Source: an uncultured delta proteobacterium (GTDB taxonomy: Bacteria > Myxococcota > Myxococcia > Myxococcales > UBA5297). Taken from it: 64,000 nt of DNA. The stretch is taken from the NCBI GenBank assembly GCA_963772225.1, contig CAVYWD010000001.1, positions 1,314,706 to 1,378,705 of the forward strand, written 5' to 3'. A model generated the notes under the pieces. The model was not told the origin of the DNA and ran no database searches. It saw only the letters and a program-made list of their open reading frames with translations. Below are positions 1 through 9,433 of this stretch, in pieces. The number at the start of each line of letters is the position of its first letter. Positions within the stretch are counted from its first letter, which is position 1. Position numbers and translations under genes: made by a program.

Positions 1-435
1 ATGGCGACGCGCTGGCGCTGGCCGCCGGAGAGCTCGCGCGGGGTGCGGTCGAGGAGGTGGGAGATTTGCAGGATCTCGGCGGCCCGGCCGACCCGCGCCT
101 TGATCTCGTCCTTGGGCCGGCCGGCCAGCTTCAAGCTGAAGCCCATGTTCTGGGCCACGGTCATATGCGGGTAGAGGGCGTAGCTCTGGAACACCATGGC
201 CGTGCCGCGCTTGGCGGGCGGGATGTCGTTGGCGCGCTCGTCGCCGATGAAGACGTCCCCGGCGCTGGCCTCCTCCAGGCCCGCGATGATTCGCAAGAGC
301 GTCGATTTCCCGCAGCCCGAAGGTCCGACGAAGACCATGAATTCGCCGTCAGCGACCTCCAAATTCACGCCGTGGAGCACCTTCGCGCCGTCGTCGAACG
401 ACTTCACGATTCCGGTGAGCCTCACGTTCGCCACA
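1..435 (-). CDS. Sugar ABC transporter ATP-binding protein (MalK/UgpC/MsiK family). The N-terminal ~145 aa are in the window; the 3' end runs off the window start.
   Basis: Reverse translation gives ...[146 protein letters not shown], with Walker A and the Q-loop/signature region. GTG start at 435 follows a GGAGG. Confidence 0.85.
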
Positions 436-656
436 GTCACCTCCGTCGGAGCGCCGCGCTCGACTTTTCGAGCTGCGCCGCAGCCGCTCCTTCGTCGAGC
501 GCTCTTCGAGCTGCGAGAATTCGGACGCCGGGGCGGTGGACGATAACGCCCGAGGCCGGATCCGTCGACTGCTCGGCGGGCGCGCGCACGGCCTTTGCTC
601 AGGGTCCAACGGCCGCGAACGCCCTTGACAAACCAAGCGAGCGAGCGCTTCACTGA

Positions 657-672
657 ACGTAAGCGGTTACGT
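657..672. promoter_or_regulatory. Perfect 16-bp palindrome ACGTAAGCGGTTACGT between the divergent ABC ATPase and the LacI-family gene; candidate LacI-type operator. A TTGACA -35-like hexamer sits at 625–630.
   Basis: Inverted repeat read directly from the sequence, positioned just upstream of the regulator start (TTG 691). Confidence 0.3.
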
Positions 673-690
673 GCACGAGGTGACAGTATC

Positions 691-1753
691 TTGGCGACCC
701 GGTCCACCATCTACGAAGTGGCCAAGCGCTGTGGCGTTTCCACCGCCACGGTATCGCGGGTGGTGCACGACGGCATCGGCTATTCGCAGGCCACGCGCCA
801 GAAAGTCCTCGATGCGGCCTCGGAGCTGGGCTGGGTGCCGAGCGGCCCAGCGCGCGGCCTCGCCATCCGGAAGACGGGTATCGTCGGCCTGCTCTTCCCG
901 GACCTGGCGGCCTCCGGCGAGGCCGACGAGGAGTCCCCGCTGTACATCGACCAGGTGATCCGCGGCGCCGAGCGGGCCGCGACGGCCGCCGGGGCCGCAG
1001 TGCTCATCGCCGCCACCCGCGGGACGGGCCGGACGTTGGCCTTCTCGGTAGCCGGCCAGGTCGACGGCCTCGTCGTTCTCGCCCGCAGCCTCCCGGACCG
1101 AGACATCAAGACGCTGTCGCGCAGCGTGCCCATCGTCATGCTCGCCCCTCGCTCGAAGCACGCCCGCCTCGCCCACGTCGGGGTCGACAACCGGGGAGGC
1201 ATGCGCGAGCTGACGGAGCACCTCCTGGTCGAGCACGAGCTCACGCGGCTCGCCTTCGTCGGGGGCCCCGCCAGCTCACCCGACTCCCAGGAGCGATTCG
1301 CCGGATTCTGCTCCGCGTTGAAGAAGGCCGGCCTCCCCGAGCCCACCCAGCCCGCGGCGGACGGCGGCTTCACCGAGGCGGGCGGCGCCCGGGCCATGCT
1401 GACGATCTCTGGCTGGCCGCCGGCGGCCGCAGGTCGTCGTATTCGGCAACGACGAGATGGCCCTGGGCGGCCTCGCAGTCCTGCGCGAGGCGGGGCTGAA
1501 GGTGCCCTCCGACATCGCCGTCACCGGGTTCGACGACATCGGCATGGCCCGCCGCGTCCTGCCGCCGCTCACCACCGTGAAGCAGCCGATGCGCGAGCTC
1601 GGGCAGCAGGCAGTGCGGCTCCTTCTCGACCGGATCGCGGAGCCGTCTCCCCGGCACCAGGCGGTGGTCCTGCCCACGCAGCTGGTCGTTCGGCGAAGCT
1701 GCGGCTGCTCCGATCGTTCTGTTGACGGCGCTCTGCAGAGCGTTGCGAAATAG
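691..1753 (+). CDS. LacI-family transcriptional regulator with an apparent +1 frameshift near 1400–1440; the N-terminal HTH is in frame 1 and the C-terminal sugar-binding part in frame 2.
   Basis: [25 protein letters not shown] is a LacI-type HTH. Frame 2 continues with [39 protein letters not shown], the typical LacI C-domain. A TTG start is assumed. Confidence 0.75.
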
Positions 1754-1820
1754 CGGCTCTCTGCCACGAGCGCCCTCGGAGTGGAAGTCAAACGAGCAGC
1801 GGACCCGTTCGGGGGCAATC

Positions 1821-4800
1821 ATGCGTCGTGCGCAGAGGTTCGGAAGCCGAGCTGCGGCAGCGGCACTCGCGCTATTGGTGGCTGGAGCTGCCCATGCCCA
1901 GCTCAGCAGCGCCACCATCCAAGGCAAGATTCGAAGCGGCGGGGCTGCAGCACCCGCCGGCCTGAGCGTGGCGGCCGTCAACAAGGAGTCCGGATTCGTC
2001 TATAAGTCCGCGACGCTTTCGGACGGCAGCTACGCCATCACGGGGCTGCCCCCCGGCGTCTACGAGCTCCGAGTCTCGGAATCGAACGGCTCCGCGACGA
2101 GCGAGCCTCTGACGCTGGCGGTCGGCGACAGCGCCGCGGTCGACTTGACCCTGACCAAGGTGGCCGAGGCGCCGACGGAGATCGTGATCAAAGGCTCACG
2201 GCAGCGCATGGCGGTGAAGACCTCGGAAATGGGCACCAATGTCTCGCCCAAGATGATCGAGGCCATGCCGCAGGCCACGCACAATTTTCTGTCTTCGGTG
2301 GATCTCGCGCCCGGCATGGTGTTCGAGCAAGGCCAAGGCACCGGATATACCTCCATCCATTCGGGAGGACAAGTCAGCGACGGCGTCAACGTCTTCATCG
2401 ATGGGATAGGCCAGAAGAACAACGTCCTAACGGGCGGCGTCCCCGGTCAGGACTCGAGTCGCGGCAACCCGTTCCCGCAATCTGCAATCCAGGAGTACAA
2501 AGTCATCACCCAGAACTACAAGGCCGAGTTCGACCAAGTTGGCTCCGCGGCGATCACGGCCGTGACGAAGTCCGGCACCAACGAGCTCCACGGCGACGTC
2601 TACTACGATCGCACCGAGACCGGCTGGCGCGCCATGACTCCGTACGAGAACGATCAGAATAGACTCGGCACGACGCTCTTGCCCTCGAGCAAGGAAGAGT
2701 TCGGCTTCAGCCTGGGCGGCGCCATCAAACCCGACGTCGTTCACTTCTTCATCGCCTATGACGGAAAGAACATCAACGACTCCAAACAGCTGGGCCCTTC
2801 CCCCAAAGAGCTCGCGCTAATGCCCGCAACACTGGGGCTTGTCCCCTCGATCGCGAACCAGCGTGGCACCTTTGTTGAACCCTTCTCTGAGCACCTCATC
2901 TTCGCCAAGGTTGACGCGCAGCTCGCCGAAAACAAGAAGCTCACGGCCAGCATGAAACTGCGCTTCGAAGCCGACCATCTCCTCGAGGATAACACCTTAA
3001 GCGCCCCCGGAAACGACAAGACCCGAACCAACGACAATCACCGCTTCGATGTGGTGCACGATTGGGACCTCGGCTCCGGTTGGAAATCCCAGACGAAGGC
3101 AGGCTACCAGTGGACCCGCTGGAGCCCTCATTCGAGCTCGGACCAGACTGAGGTCAAGTACTACTTCACCACTACGACTCCGCTTCTCTTGGCCGGCGCG
3201 CAGGAGGTGCTCTCGACCGGCGGCTCACCCGACATTCAGGACAAGAGGCAGAGCGGCGTCACCGTCGCGCAGGACTTCACGTTCTCTGGGCTCGTAGGCA
3301 ACCTCTTCAAAGGCGGCGTCAGGGTCAACGTCCTGAACTACGACATGAGCCAAGGATCGACCGTCCCGGTGGTCCAGACGCTGGTCGACCCTACCACCGG
3401 CTTGGCATACTACGATGCAGGGGCGGGCCAATGCACGGGAACGAACCTTGCCTCCAATGGGCTGGCCAGCGATCAATGCAAGATCACCCCGGCGGCGTCG
3501 GGGCTCCAGTGGAACACCAGCAACACCCAGATTGGCCTTTATGTGCAGGACGACTGGGAGGTTCTCCGCAACCTGCAGCTCAACCTCGGCGTGCGCTGGG
3601 ACGTCGAGACCAATATGCTGAACAACAGCTACGTGACGCCTGACAATGTCATGGCCTCTATGAACAAGCTCGACACCCGAACGTTCGCCGGCGAGACCGC
3701 GACCCCAGGCCAGACCTATGCGGATTCACTCGCCAAGGGCGGCATCAACATTGCCGACTACATCTCCAACGGCCACAACCGCTCGCCGTACCTCGGAGCC
3801 ATCGCCCCTCGGGCCGGCTTCTCGTGGGATGCCTTGGGCGACAAGAACACGGTCGTGTTCGGCGGATTCGGTCGCTCCTATGACCGAACCATCGCCGATC
3901 GAGCGTATGGCGGCGAACTTTCGCACAACATTGCTGGCCAGGAGATGGACCTCATCCGGAACGGCACCAGCAAGATGACGTACAGCGATCAATTCGGCCT
4001 CGGCGTTCGCCAGGCCATATTCGACTGGAATCTCGAGGCTGCCGTGACCCAGCTCGAGACCCATAACCAGTTTGAGTATTTCCAGGGGGCCCGCGATCTC
4101 AACGGCGGATATGGCGGAGCCTACAACTGGACGAACGTCAACTGGGGGCTTACGGTAGACAATCGGTTCCTCGTCCTCGGCGATTTCGTCGGCCAGTCAC
4201 GCACCCGAAGCGTCAGTGTGAAGCTCGAGAAGCCTTATACGAAGGCCTCCGGATGGTCGGTCGCCATGGTCTATACTTACAGCGACGCGGTGACCACCGA
4301 GGGGGAGTGGAGCCCTGACACCGCCTATGACTGGTGGTACAGCAGGCCCGGAATGCAGCAGACTTGGCACCCGAACACCCTCATCGATCCGCACCGCCTC
4401 GTTATCGCCGCAATGACGGACAAGGTCATCCCTTGGGGCTTCATGCTCTCGGGCAAATTCATCTACGGCAGCGGCGCCCCGCAGAAAGTCTGGGGCTGCC
4501 CCACCTCCACCGACGGCTCCACCTGCTCCGACGCAAACGGAGGCCCCGTCCTCATCAAGGCGAACAACCCCGACTTCAAGCAGCTCGACCTCAGTTTGGC
4601 CAAGAGATTTGGTTCTGGCGTCGGAGGCTTCACGATTCGGGCCGACGTCCTCAATCTCTTCAACTGGGTGAACTACAACTACGGTTCGGGCATCAGCGCC
4701 GGCAATAAGGCCGCCCCTGGGCAGCCCACCAACCGCTACGGTTTGTCCAACATGACCGTCAACACGCCCGAGACGACCCTGCGCGGACCGCCGCGCACCG

Positions 4801-4829
4801 TGAAGGTCGCCGCCAGCTACAACTTCTAG
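1821..4829 (+). CDS. TonB-dependent outer-membrane receptor with an N-terminal carboxypeptidase-regulatory-like (CarbopepD_reg) domain.
   Basis: Signal peptide MRRAQRFGSRAAAAALALLVAGAAHAQ. A GSYAITGLPPGVYEL beta-sandwich motif, then a plug-like region and a ~1000-aa barrel ending in aromatic ...ASYNF. Confidence 0.8.
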   Translation: MRRAQRFGSRAAAAALALLVAGAAHAQLSSATIQGKIRSGGAAAPAGLSVAAVNKESGFVYKSATLSDGSYAITGLPPGVYELRVSESNGSATSEPLTLAVGDSAAVDLTLTKVAEAPTEIVIKGSRQRMAVKTSEMGTNVSPKMIEAMPQATHNFLSSVDLAPGMVFEQGQGTGYTSIHSGGQVSDGVNVFIDGIGQKNNVLTGGVPGQDSSRGNPFPQSAIQEYKVITQNYKAEFDQVGSAAITAVTKSGTNELHGDVYYDRTETGWRAMTPYENDQNRLGTTLLPSSKEEFGFSLGGAIKPDVVHFFIAYDGKNINDSKQLGPSPKELALMPATLGLVPSIANQRGTFVEPFSEHLIFAKVDAQLAENKKLTASMKLRFEADHLLEDNTLSAPGNDKTRTNDNHRFDVVHDWDLGSGWKSQTKAGYQWTRWSPHSSSDQTEVKYYFTTTTPLLLAGAQEVLSTGGSPDIQDKRQSGVTVAQDFTFSGLVGNLFKGGVRVNVLNYDMSQGSTVPVVQTLVDPTTGLAYYDAGAGQCTGTNLASNGLASDQCKITPAASGLQWNTSNTQIGLYVQDDWEVLRNLQLNLGVRWDVETNMLNNSYVTPDNVMASMNKLDTRTFAGETATPGQTYADSLAKGGINIADYISNGHNRSPYLGAIAPRAGFSWDALGDKNTVVFGGFGRSYDRTIADRAYGGELSHNIAGQEMDLIRNGTSKMTYSDQFGLGVRQAIFDWNLEAAVTQLETHNQFEYFQGARDLNGGYGGAYNWTNVNWGLTVDNRFLVLGDFVGQSRTRSVSVKLEKPYTKASGWSVAMVYTYSDAVTTEGEWSPDTAYDWWYSRPGMQQTWHPNTLIDPHRLVIAAMTDKVIPWGFMLSGKFIYGSGAPQKVWGCPTSTDGSTCSDANGGPVLIKANNPDFKQLDLSLAKRFGSGVGGFTIRADVLNLFNWVNYNYGSGISAGNKAAPGQPTNRYGLSNMTVNTPETTLRGPPRTVKVAASYNF

Positions 4830-4909
4830 CTTCGACCGCGGTTCCGCCGCGCCCGCGCAGGTGCCCGGCGGGTCGCCGGCGCGGGCTCGGCGGTCCTCGC
4901 CCTAAACCC

Positions 4910-6424
4910 ATGCCTCTCAAGAAAAGCGCGCGGCGCCCGCCGCCCCCTCTCGCCGGACCGCTCGACTCGCGGCCTGAGCATCACCTCGGCCGCCGCGAGC
5001 TGCTCGCGGGGCTCGCCGCCGCGCCCTTCTTCGCCTGCCGCACGACCGGCGCCGCGGCGCCCACGCCCGATCCGGTGAGCCTGCCCCCGCTGCCGGCCGC
5101 CGCCCTGCTCGACGACGTCGAGCGCCGCGCCTTCGACTTCTTCTGGGAGACCACCGACGCCCGCACGGGAATGGCCCTGGACCGCTGGCCCACCCCGTCG
5201 TTCTGCAGCATCGCGGCGGTGGGCTTCGCCCTCACCGCGTACGTCGTCGGAGCGGAGCGCGGCTTCATCACCCGCGCCCAGGCCCGCGCCCGCGCCCTCG
5301 CCACCGTCCGGTTCTTCCACGACGCGCCCCAGGGCAGCGCGGCGGCGGGCGTCGCCGGCTATAAGGGCTTCTTCTATCACTTCCTCGACGTGAAGACCGG
5401 CGCCCGCTACGGCACCTGCGAGCTGTCGAGCATCGACACCACCTTGCTGCTCGCGGGCATGCTGCACTGCCAGGCCTACTTCGACGGCGCCGACGCGGAC
5501 GAGGCGCTCCTCCGCTCGCGGGTCGACGACCTCTACGCCCGCGTCGACTGGACCTGGTTTCAGGCGCGCCCGCCCTTCGTCGCCACCGGCTGGAGCCCGG
5601 AGCAGGGCTTCTTTCCAAACGACTGGCAGGGTTACACCGAGGCCTCGGTGCTCTACCTGCTGGCGCTGGCCTCGCCCGCGCACCCGCTCGGCCCGGAGGC
5701 CTGGGCCGGCTGGACGAGCACCTACGAGACCTCGCCGGTGTCCGGCTGGGTGACGGAGTACGGGCAGACGTACCTGCGGTTCCCTCCGTTGTTCGGCCAC
5801 CAGTTCACGCAAGTCTGGGTCGACCTGCGCGGCGTGGCCGACGCCTATATGAAAGGCAAGGGCATCGACTACTTCGAGAACTCGCGCCGCGCGACCTACG
5901 CGCAGCAGGCCTACGCCATCGCCAACCCCGAGGGTTGGGCGGGCTACGGGCGCGACGTCTGGGGCGTCACCGCCTGCGACGGGCCGGGCGACGTCGCCCG
6001 CTCCTTCCGTGGAAAGCGGCGCCAGTTCTTGGGCTACGCCGGCCGCGGCATGGGCGGGCCCTCTGCCTACGACGACGGCACCATCGCCCCCTTCGCCGCC
6101 GGCTCGTCCATCGCCTTCGCCCCGGAGATTGCCCTGCCCGCCCTCTCCGCCCTTTACGAGCGCTACGGGAAAACCATCTACGGGCGCTACGGCTTCTACG
6201 CCTTCAACCCGAGCTTCACTTTCACCGACGCCCGGGTCTCCCAAGGCAGGGTCGTGCCGGGCTTCGGGTGGGCCGACGGCGACTACCTGGGCATCGAGCT
6301 GGGGCCGCTCTTGGCCATGATCGCCAACTCTCGCGGCGAGATCGTCTGGAAGACCCTGCGCCGGCATCCGGCCATCCAGCTCGGCCTTCAGCGCGCCGGG
6401 TTCACCGGCGGGTGGCTGGGGTGA
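4910..6424 (+). CDS. Tat-secreted DUF3131 'glucoamylase family' protein; GH144-like candidate endo-beta-1,2-glucanase.
   Basis: Tat motif RRELLAGLAAA. The FFWETTD...YHFLDVKTGARYGTCELSSIDTTLLLAGML region and (alpha/alpha)6-type composition resemble DUF3131/GH144, called from memory without an alignment. Confidence 0.55.
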   Translation: MPLKKSARRPPPPLAGPLDSRPEHHLGRRELLAGLAAAPFFACRTTGAAAPTPDPVSLPPLPAAALLDDVERRAFDFFWETTDARTGMALDRWPTPSFCSIAAVGFALTAYVVGAERGFITRAQARARALATVRFFHDAPQGSAAAGVAGYKGFFYHFLDVKTGARYGTCELSSIDTTLLLAGMLHCQAYFDGADADEALLRSRVDDLYARVDWTWFQARPPFVATGWSPEQGFFPNDWQGYTEASVLYLLALASPAHPLGPEAWAGWTSTYETSPVSGWVTEYGQTYLRFPPLFGHQFTQVWVDLRGVADAYMKGKGIDYFENSRRATYAQQAYAIANPEGWAGYGRDVWGVTACDGPGDVARSFRGKRRQFLGYAGRGMGGPSAYDDGTIAPFAAGSSIAFAPEIALPALSALYERYGKTIYGRYGFYAFNPSFTFTDARVSQGRVVPGFGWADGDYLGIELGPLLAMIANSRGEIVWKTLRRHPAIQLGLQRAGFTGGWLG

Positions 6425-6444
6425 GGCGTTTCACGCGGGGGCGC

Positions 6445-7737
6445 ATGAGCGCGAGAGCAGACGGCTCGAGAACGGTCACGCGCCGAGAGCTTTTGGGCGC
6501 CGCGGCAGGCTTTTGCGCCGCGGGCTGTGCGCGCGACGACGCGCACGTCCTCCACTTCTGGGCCATGGGCCGCGAGGGCGAGGTGGTGACCTCGCTGCTC
6601 CGCGCCTTCGAGCGCGAGAACCCGGGCCTGCGCGTCCGCGTGGAGCAGCTGCCCTTCACGGCGGCCCACGAAAAGCTCCTCACCGCGTTCGCCGGGGACG
6701 CGACGCCTGATCTCGCTCAGCTGGGCAACACCTGGCTCGCGGAGCTCGTCGCCCTCGACGCCGTCATTCCGCTCGACGAGCGCCTTCGCGCCTCGGCCCA
6801 AGTGGACCTCGCCGACTACGACCCGGGCATCGCGGCTACGAACGTCATCGACCAGAAGCAGTACGGCGTGCCCTGGTACGTGGACACGCGGTTGCTCTTC
6901 TACCGCCGCGACCTCTTGTCCCAGGCCGGCTTCGACGCCCCGCCGCGCGATTGGGGCGAGTGGCTGCGCATGGCCGCCGCCATCAAGGAGCGCGTCGGCC
7001 CCGACCGCTACGCGGTGCTCCTGCCGCTCAACGAGTACGAGCCGCTGGTGGCGCTCTGGCTCCAGCAAGGCGAGCCGCTCCTGCGCGACGGCGGCCGCCG
7101 GGGCAACTTCCGCGGCGCCGGCTTTGCGCGCGCTTTGGATTTCTATCTCTCGATGTACGAGCGGCACCTGGCGCCCCCGGTGACGAACAACCAGGTCGCC
7201 AACGTGTGGAACGAGTTCGCGCGCGGCTATTTCAGCTTCTACATCTCGGGCCCGTGGCAAATGGGCGAGCTCAAGCGCCGGCTCCCACCGGCAGTGCAGT
7301 CGTCCTGGATGACCGCGCCGCTGCCCGGCCCGAACGGCCCCGGCGCCTCGAGCGCCGGCGGCTCCAGCCTGGCCATCTTCCGGCGCTCGCCGAAGAAGGA
7401 CGCGGCCTTCAAGCTCGTGGAGTTTCTCTCCCGCCCGCCGGTGCAGCAGGAGTTCTACCGGCTCACCGGCAACCTGCCCGCGCGGCGCTCGGCCTGGGCC
7501 GACCCGGAGCTTTCGAATGACCCGTACGCCCGCGCTTTCCGCGACCAGCTCGACCGGGTCCGCCCCATGCCGCAGGTGCCCGAGTGGGAGCGCATCGCGA
7601 CCGAGCTGAGGCTCGTCGTGGAGAAGGTGGTCCACGGCGACATCCCCGCTAGCCGCGCCGCCGAAGAGCTGGACGCTCGCGCCGACCGCATCCTCGAGAA
7701 GCGCCGCTGGATGCTCGACCGAAGGGCGCATCGATGA
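6445..7737 (+). CDS. ABC transporter sugar-binding protein (family 1 solute-binding protein), lipoprotein.
   Basis: MSARADGSRTVTRRELLGAAAGFCAAGCA lipobox. Length and composition are typical of MalE/UgpB-like binding proteins. GTG 6421 is an alternative start. Confidence 0.8.
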   Translation: MSARADGSRTVTRRELLGAAAGFCAAGCARDDAHVLHFWAMGREGEVVTSLLRAFERENPGLRVRVEQLPFTAAHEKLLTAFAGDATPDLAQLGNTWLAELVALDAVIPLDERLRASAQVDLADYDPGIAATNVIDQKQYGVPWYVDTRLLFYRRDLLSQAGFDAPPRDWGEWLRMAAAIKERVGPDRYAVLLPLNEYEPLVALWLQQGEPLLRDGGRRGNFRGAGFARALDFYLSMYERHLAPPVTNNQVANVWNEFARGYFSFYISGPWQMGELKRRLPPAVQSSWMTAPLPGPNGPGASSAGGSSLAIFRRSPKKDAAFKLVEFLSRPPVQQEFYRLTGNLPARRSAWADPELSNDPYARAFRDQLDRVRPMPQVPEWERIATELRLVVEKVVHGDIPASRAAEELDARADRILEKRRWMLDRRAHR

Positions 7738-8612
7738 AACCGTCATTCGTCGGCTGGCTGTTCGTCGCGCCCGCGCTCCTGGCCATCGCCGTGTTCTTCG
7801 TCATCCCGGTGGCGGCGGCGCTCGTCATGAGCGTCACCGACTTCGACCTCTACGCCCTGGCCGACCTGCACAACGTGCGCTTCATCGGCCTGGGCAACTA
7901 CGCCCAGCTGCTGCAGAGGCCGCTCTTCTGGCAGGCGCTCTTGAACACCCTGTTCTTCGTGGCCGTCGGCGTTCCGCTCTCCCTCGCGGCGTCGCTCGGG
8001 GCGGCGCTGCTCTTGAATTCGCCCCTGGCGCTCTTCAAGGGCCCTTTCCGCACCGCGCTCTTCGCCCCGGTGGTGACCACGCTCGCCGCGGTGGCGGTGG
8101 TCTGGCGCTTCCTCCTGCACACCCGCTACGGGCTCCTGAACTTCGGCCTGTCTTCCATAGGCCTTTCGCCCATCGACTGGCTGGGCGACCCGCGCTGGGC
8201 GATGCCGGCCATCGTGCTGCTCTCGGTGTGGAAGAACTTCGGCTACAACATGATCATCCTGCTCGCGGGGCTGCAGGCCATCCCCGGCGAGCTGTATGAG
8301 GCCGCGCGCCTGGACGGCGCCGGGCCCGTCGCCCTCCTCCGGCACATCACCCTGCCCGCCCTCGCGCCCATGCTGCTCATGGTGAGCATCCTCACCATGG
8401 CGGCCCACTTCCAGCTCTTCGCCGAGCCGTACGTCATGACGCAAGGCGGCCCGGCCGAGCGCACGGTCACGGTGCTCTACCTGATGTACGAGGAGGGCTT
8501 CAAATGGTGGAGCCTGGCCTCGGCGTCGGCGGTGGCGTTCGTGCTCTTCCTGTTCATGTTCGGCTTCACCGTCCTCCAGGTCCAGGTGTCGCGGCGCCGG
8601 GGTGCGGCATGA
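7734..8612 (+). CDS. ABC sugar permease (MalF/UgpA-like).
   Basis: Multi-TM protein with the EAA-like loop LQAIPGELYEAARLDGAG. ATGA overlap with the upstream stop. Confidence 0.9.
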   Translation: MKPSFVGWLFVAPALLAIAVFFVIPVAAALVMSVTDFDLYALADLHNVRFIGLGNYAQLLQRPLFWQALLNTLFFVAVGVPLSLAASLGAALLLNSPLALFKGPFRTALFAPVVTTLAAVAVVWRFLLHTRYGLLNFGLSSIGLSPIDWLGDPRWAMPAIVLLSVWKNFGYNMIILLAGLQAIPGELYEAARLDGAGPVALLRHITLPALAPMLLMVSILTMAAHFQLFAEPYVMTQGGPAERTVTVLYLMYEEGFKWWSLASASAVAFVLFLFMFGFTVLQVQVSRRRGAA

Positions 8613-9433
8613 AGGCGTCGCGCATCGGCCTCGTGGGAATCAACTCCGCGCTGGTCGCCCTTTCGGCGCTCACGGTCTTTCCACTCGTCTGGATGGTCAG
8701 TTCGTCCTTCATGGCGCCGGGCGAAGCCAGCACCTATCCGCCGCCGATGCTACCCGCCTCGGCGACGCTCGAGAATTACAAGCTTCTGCTCGCGGAGCAC
8801 GGCCTCACCCGCCAGGCCGCGAACAGCCTCGCCATCTCGCTCTTCGCCACCCTGCTCTCGCTGACCTTCAACGTCAGCGCGGGCTACGCCTTCGCCAAGC
8901 TCCGGTTCTGGGGGCGCGAGCGCCTCTTCCGCATGCTGCTCGGCGCGCTGGTGATCCCGGCCCAGATCACCATGATGCCCCTCTTCTTCATGCTGAAGCG
9001 CATGGGCCTGGTGAACAGCACCGCGGGCGTGCTGGTGCCGTGGCTCGCGAGCGTCTTCGGCATCTACCTCGTGCGCCAATACGCGCAGTCCGTGCCCGAC
9101 GAGCTCCTCGAAGCCGCGCGCATGGACGGCGCGGGCGAGGCGCGCATCTTCCTGGAGGTGGTGCTTCCGCTCCTGAAGCCCGTCCTCGTGACCCTGGCGG
9201 TGCTTTCGTTCATGGGCTCCTGGAACGACTTCATGTGGCCCCTCATCGTCCTCACCGATCGCGACCTGCAGACGCTGCCGGTCGCGCTCGCCACCCTCTC
9301 GCGCGAGCACGTGCAGGACGTGGAGCTGATGATGGCCGGCGCGGTGATCACCGTGCTGCCGGTGCTGGCGCTCTTCCTCGCCCTGCAGCGCTACTACCTG
9401 CAGGGCCTGCTGGCGGGGAGCGTCAAGGGATGA
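8609..9433 (+). CDS. ABC sugar permease (MalG/UgpE-like).
   Basis: ...YAQSVPDELLEAARMDGAGEARIF... EAA motif. ATGA overlaps at both ends. Confidence 0.9.
   Translation: MKASRIGLVGINSALVALSALTVFPLVWMVSSSFMAPGEASTYPPPMLPASATLENYKLLLAEHGLTRQAANSLAISLFATLLSLTFNVSAGYAFAKLRFWGRERLFRMLLGALVIPAQITMMPLFFMLKRMGLVNSTAGVLVPWLASVFGIYLVRQYAQSVPDELLEAARMDGAGEARIFLEVVLPLLKPVLVTLAVLSFMGSWNDFMWPLIVLTDRDLQTLPVALATLSREHVQDVELMMAGAVITVLPVLALFLALQRYYLQGLLAGSVKG

Noticed and set aside
5935-6444. N-terminal extension of the solute-binding-protein ORF into the GH144-like gene
   Set aside because: Overlaps the 3' end of the upstream gene in another frame; the lipoprotein signal begins at 6445.
8602-9429. N-terminal 276-aa extension of the 1290-aa ORF that overlaps the MalG-like permease
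   Set aside because: Different frame from the real permease; the hydrolase start at ATG 9430 shows classic ATGA coupling to the permease stop.
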